Below, piece after piece: positions 63,701-64,000 of a stretch of DNA of 64,000 bases; positions within the stretch are counted from its first letter, which is position 1, and each line of letters starts with the position of its first letter. The DNA comes from Lingula anatina. Taxonomy: Eukaryota > Animalia > Brachiopoda. The stretch lies in the NCBI GenBank assembly GCA_051362555.1, contig CM120642.1, positions 11,904,001-11,968,000 of the forward strand, in the 5' to 3' direction. The notes under the pieces are model-generated. The model ran no database searches and was not told the DNA's origin. It saw only the letters and a program-made list of their open reading frames with translations. Both the position numbers and the translations under genes were made by a program.

Positions 63701-64000
63701 TCTTCACAAAACCAAATTTCTCAAGTCCAGCTGAACCACAGGAGCTGAGGGCAAGATACAGCTACTTGGAATTATGGTCAGGATCAAGATTCATCACACA
63801 AACAACAAAAAATACATATCACACCACATTAACAAAAGAGGTTTAAAAATGGTGTTCAAAGTGAGAGATCAAAAAAAGAATATATTTCAATTAATCAATC
63901 AGTACCTCCTCCATCTAACTGCTGCTCCAGATCACATATCAATGACTTGGCTGCCAGTCTGTGTATGGTGGCTTCCTGTACACTGGTGGCAGCAGTGGGA
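57779..64000 (-). CDS. VWA5-family (VWA5B-like) protein, 3' portion; 5' part lies beyond the window
   Basis: Exons on -: >64000-63906 (ATIHRLAAKSLICDLE), 63650-63502 (IIRLSKASSIVSRCTA), 63077-62921, 62432-62196, 60865-60659, 60407-60211 (CQGFDGSWCLDAALAEIL), 58819-57779 (VWATVLAVVWL...EWTFIKKKALDWL, then a long low-complexity tail). These motifs match the VWA5/PARP4 C-terminal region. All phases are compatible. Confidence 0.78.
59594..60158. repeat. Foldback: ~190-bp near-perfect inverted arms (59594-59783 / 59967-60158) in the last VWA5 intron
   Basis: AACCCAAGTCCACATAATGACC...CTTATCTTTAGG versus CCTAAAGATAAG...GGTCATTATGTGGACTTGGGTT. By eye, three substitutions and one 2-nt indel. Confidence 0.92.
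61485..61522. repeat. (AAC)n followed by poly-A
   Basis: Seen directly. Confidence 0.9.

Overview
AT-rich, intron-rich animal genomic DNA, probably from a lophotrochozoan such as a mollusc (inferred from gene content and repeat types). It is not prokaryotic. I reconstructed the genes by hand from GT-AG boundaries and reading-frame phase: (1) a tandem pair of GAPR-1/GLIPR2-like CAP-domain units on + (663-9748) that may be one alternatively spliced gene; (2) a 19-coding-exon SLC4 bicarbonate transporter on - (12113-27265); (3) a single-exon class A peptide-receptor-like GPCR; (4) a single-exon ankyrin-repeat gene lying between ~370-bp inverted repeats; (5) a single-coding-exon SCP-type EF-hand protein; (6) the 3' part of a VWA5-family gene on -. 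Non-coding DNA holds many hairpin MITEs, TTAA-flanked Kolobok-like elements, a decayed Tc1 element, a LINE remnant, a ~190-bp-arm foldback and microsatellites. The most unusual observation is the SLC4 ion-binding site: a Na+-coupled (NCBT) scaffold carrying the anion-exchanger Arg (AE1 R730 position) and Ala instead of the conserved acidic residue (AE1 E681 / NBCe1 D754 position). No rRNA, tRNA or CRISPR array was seen.
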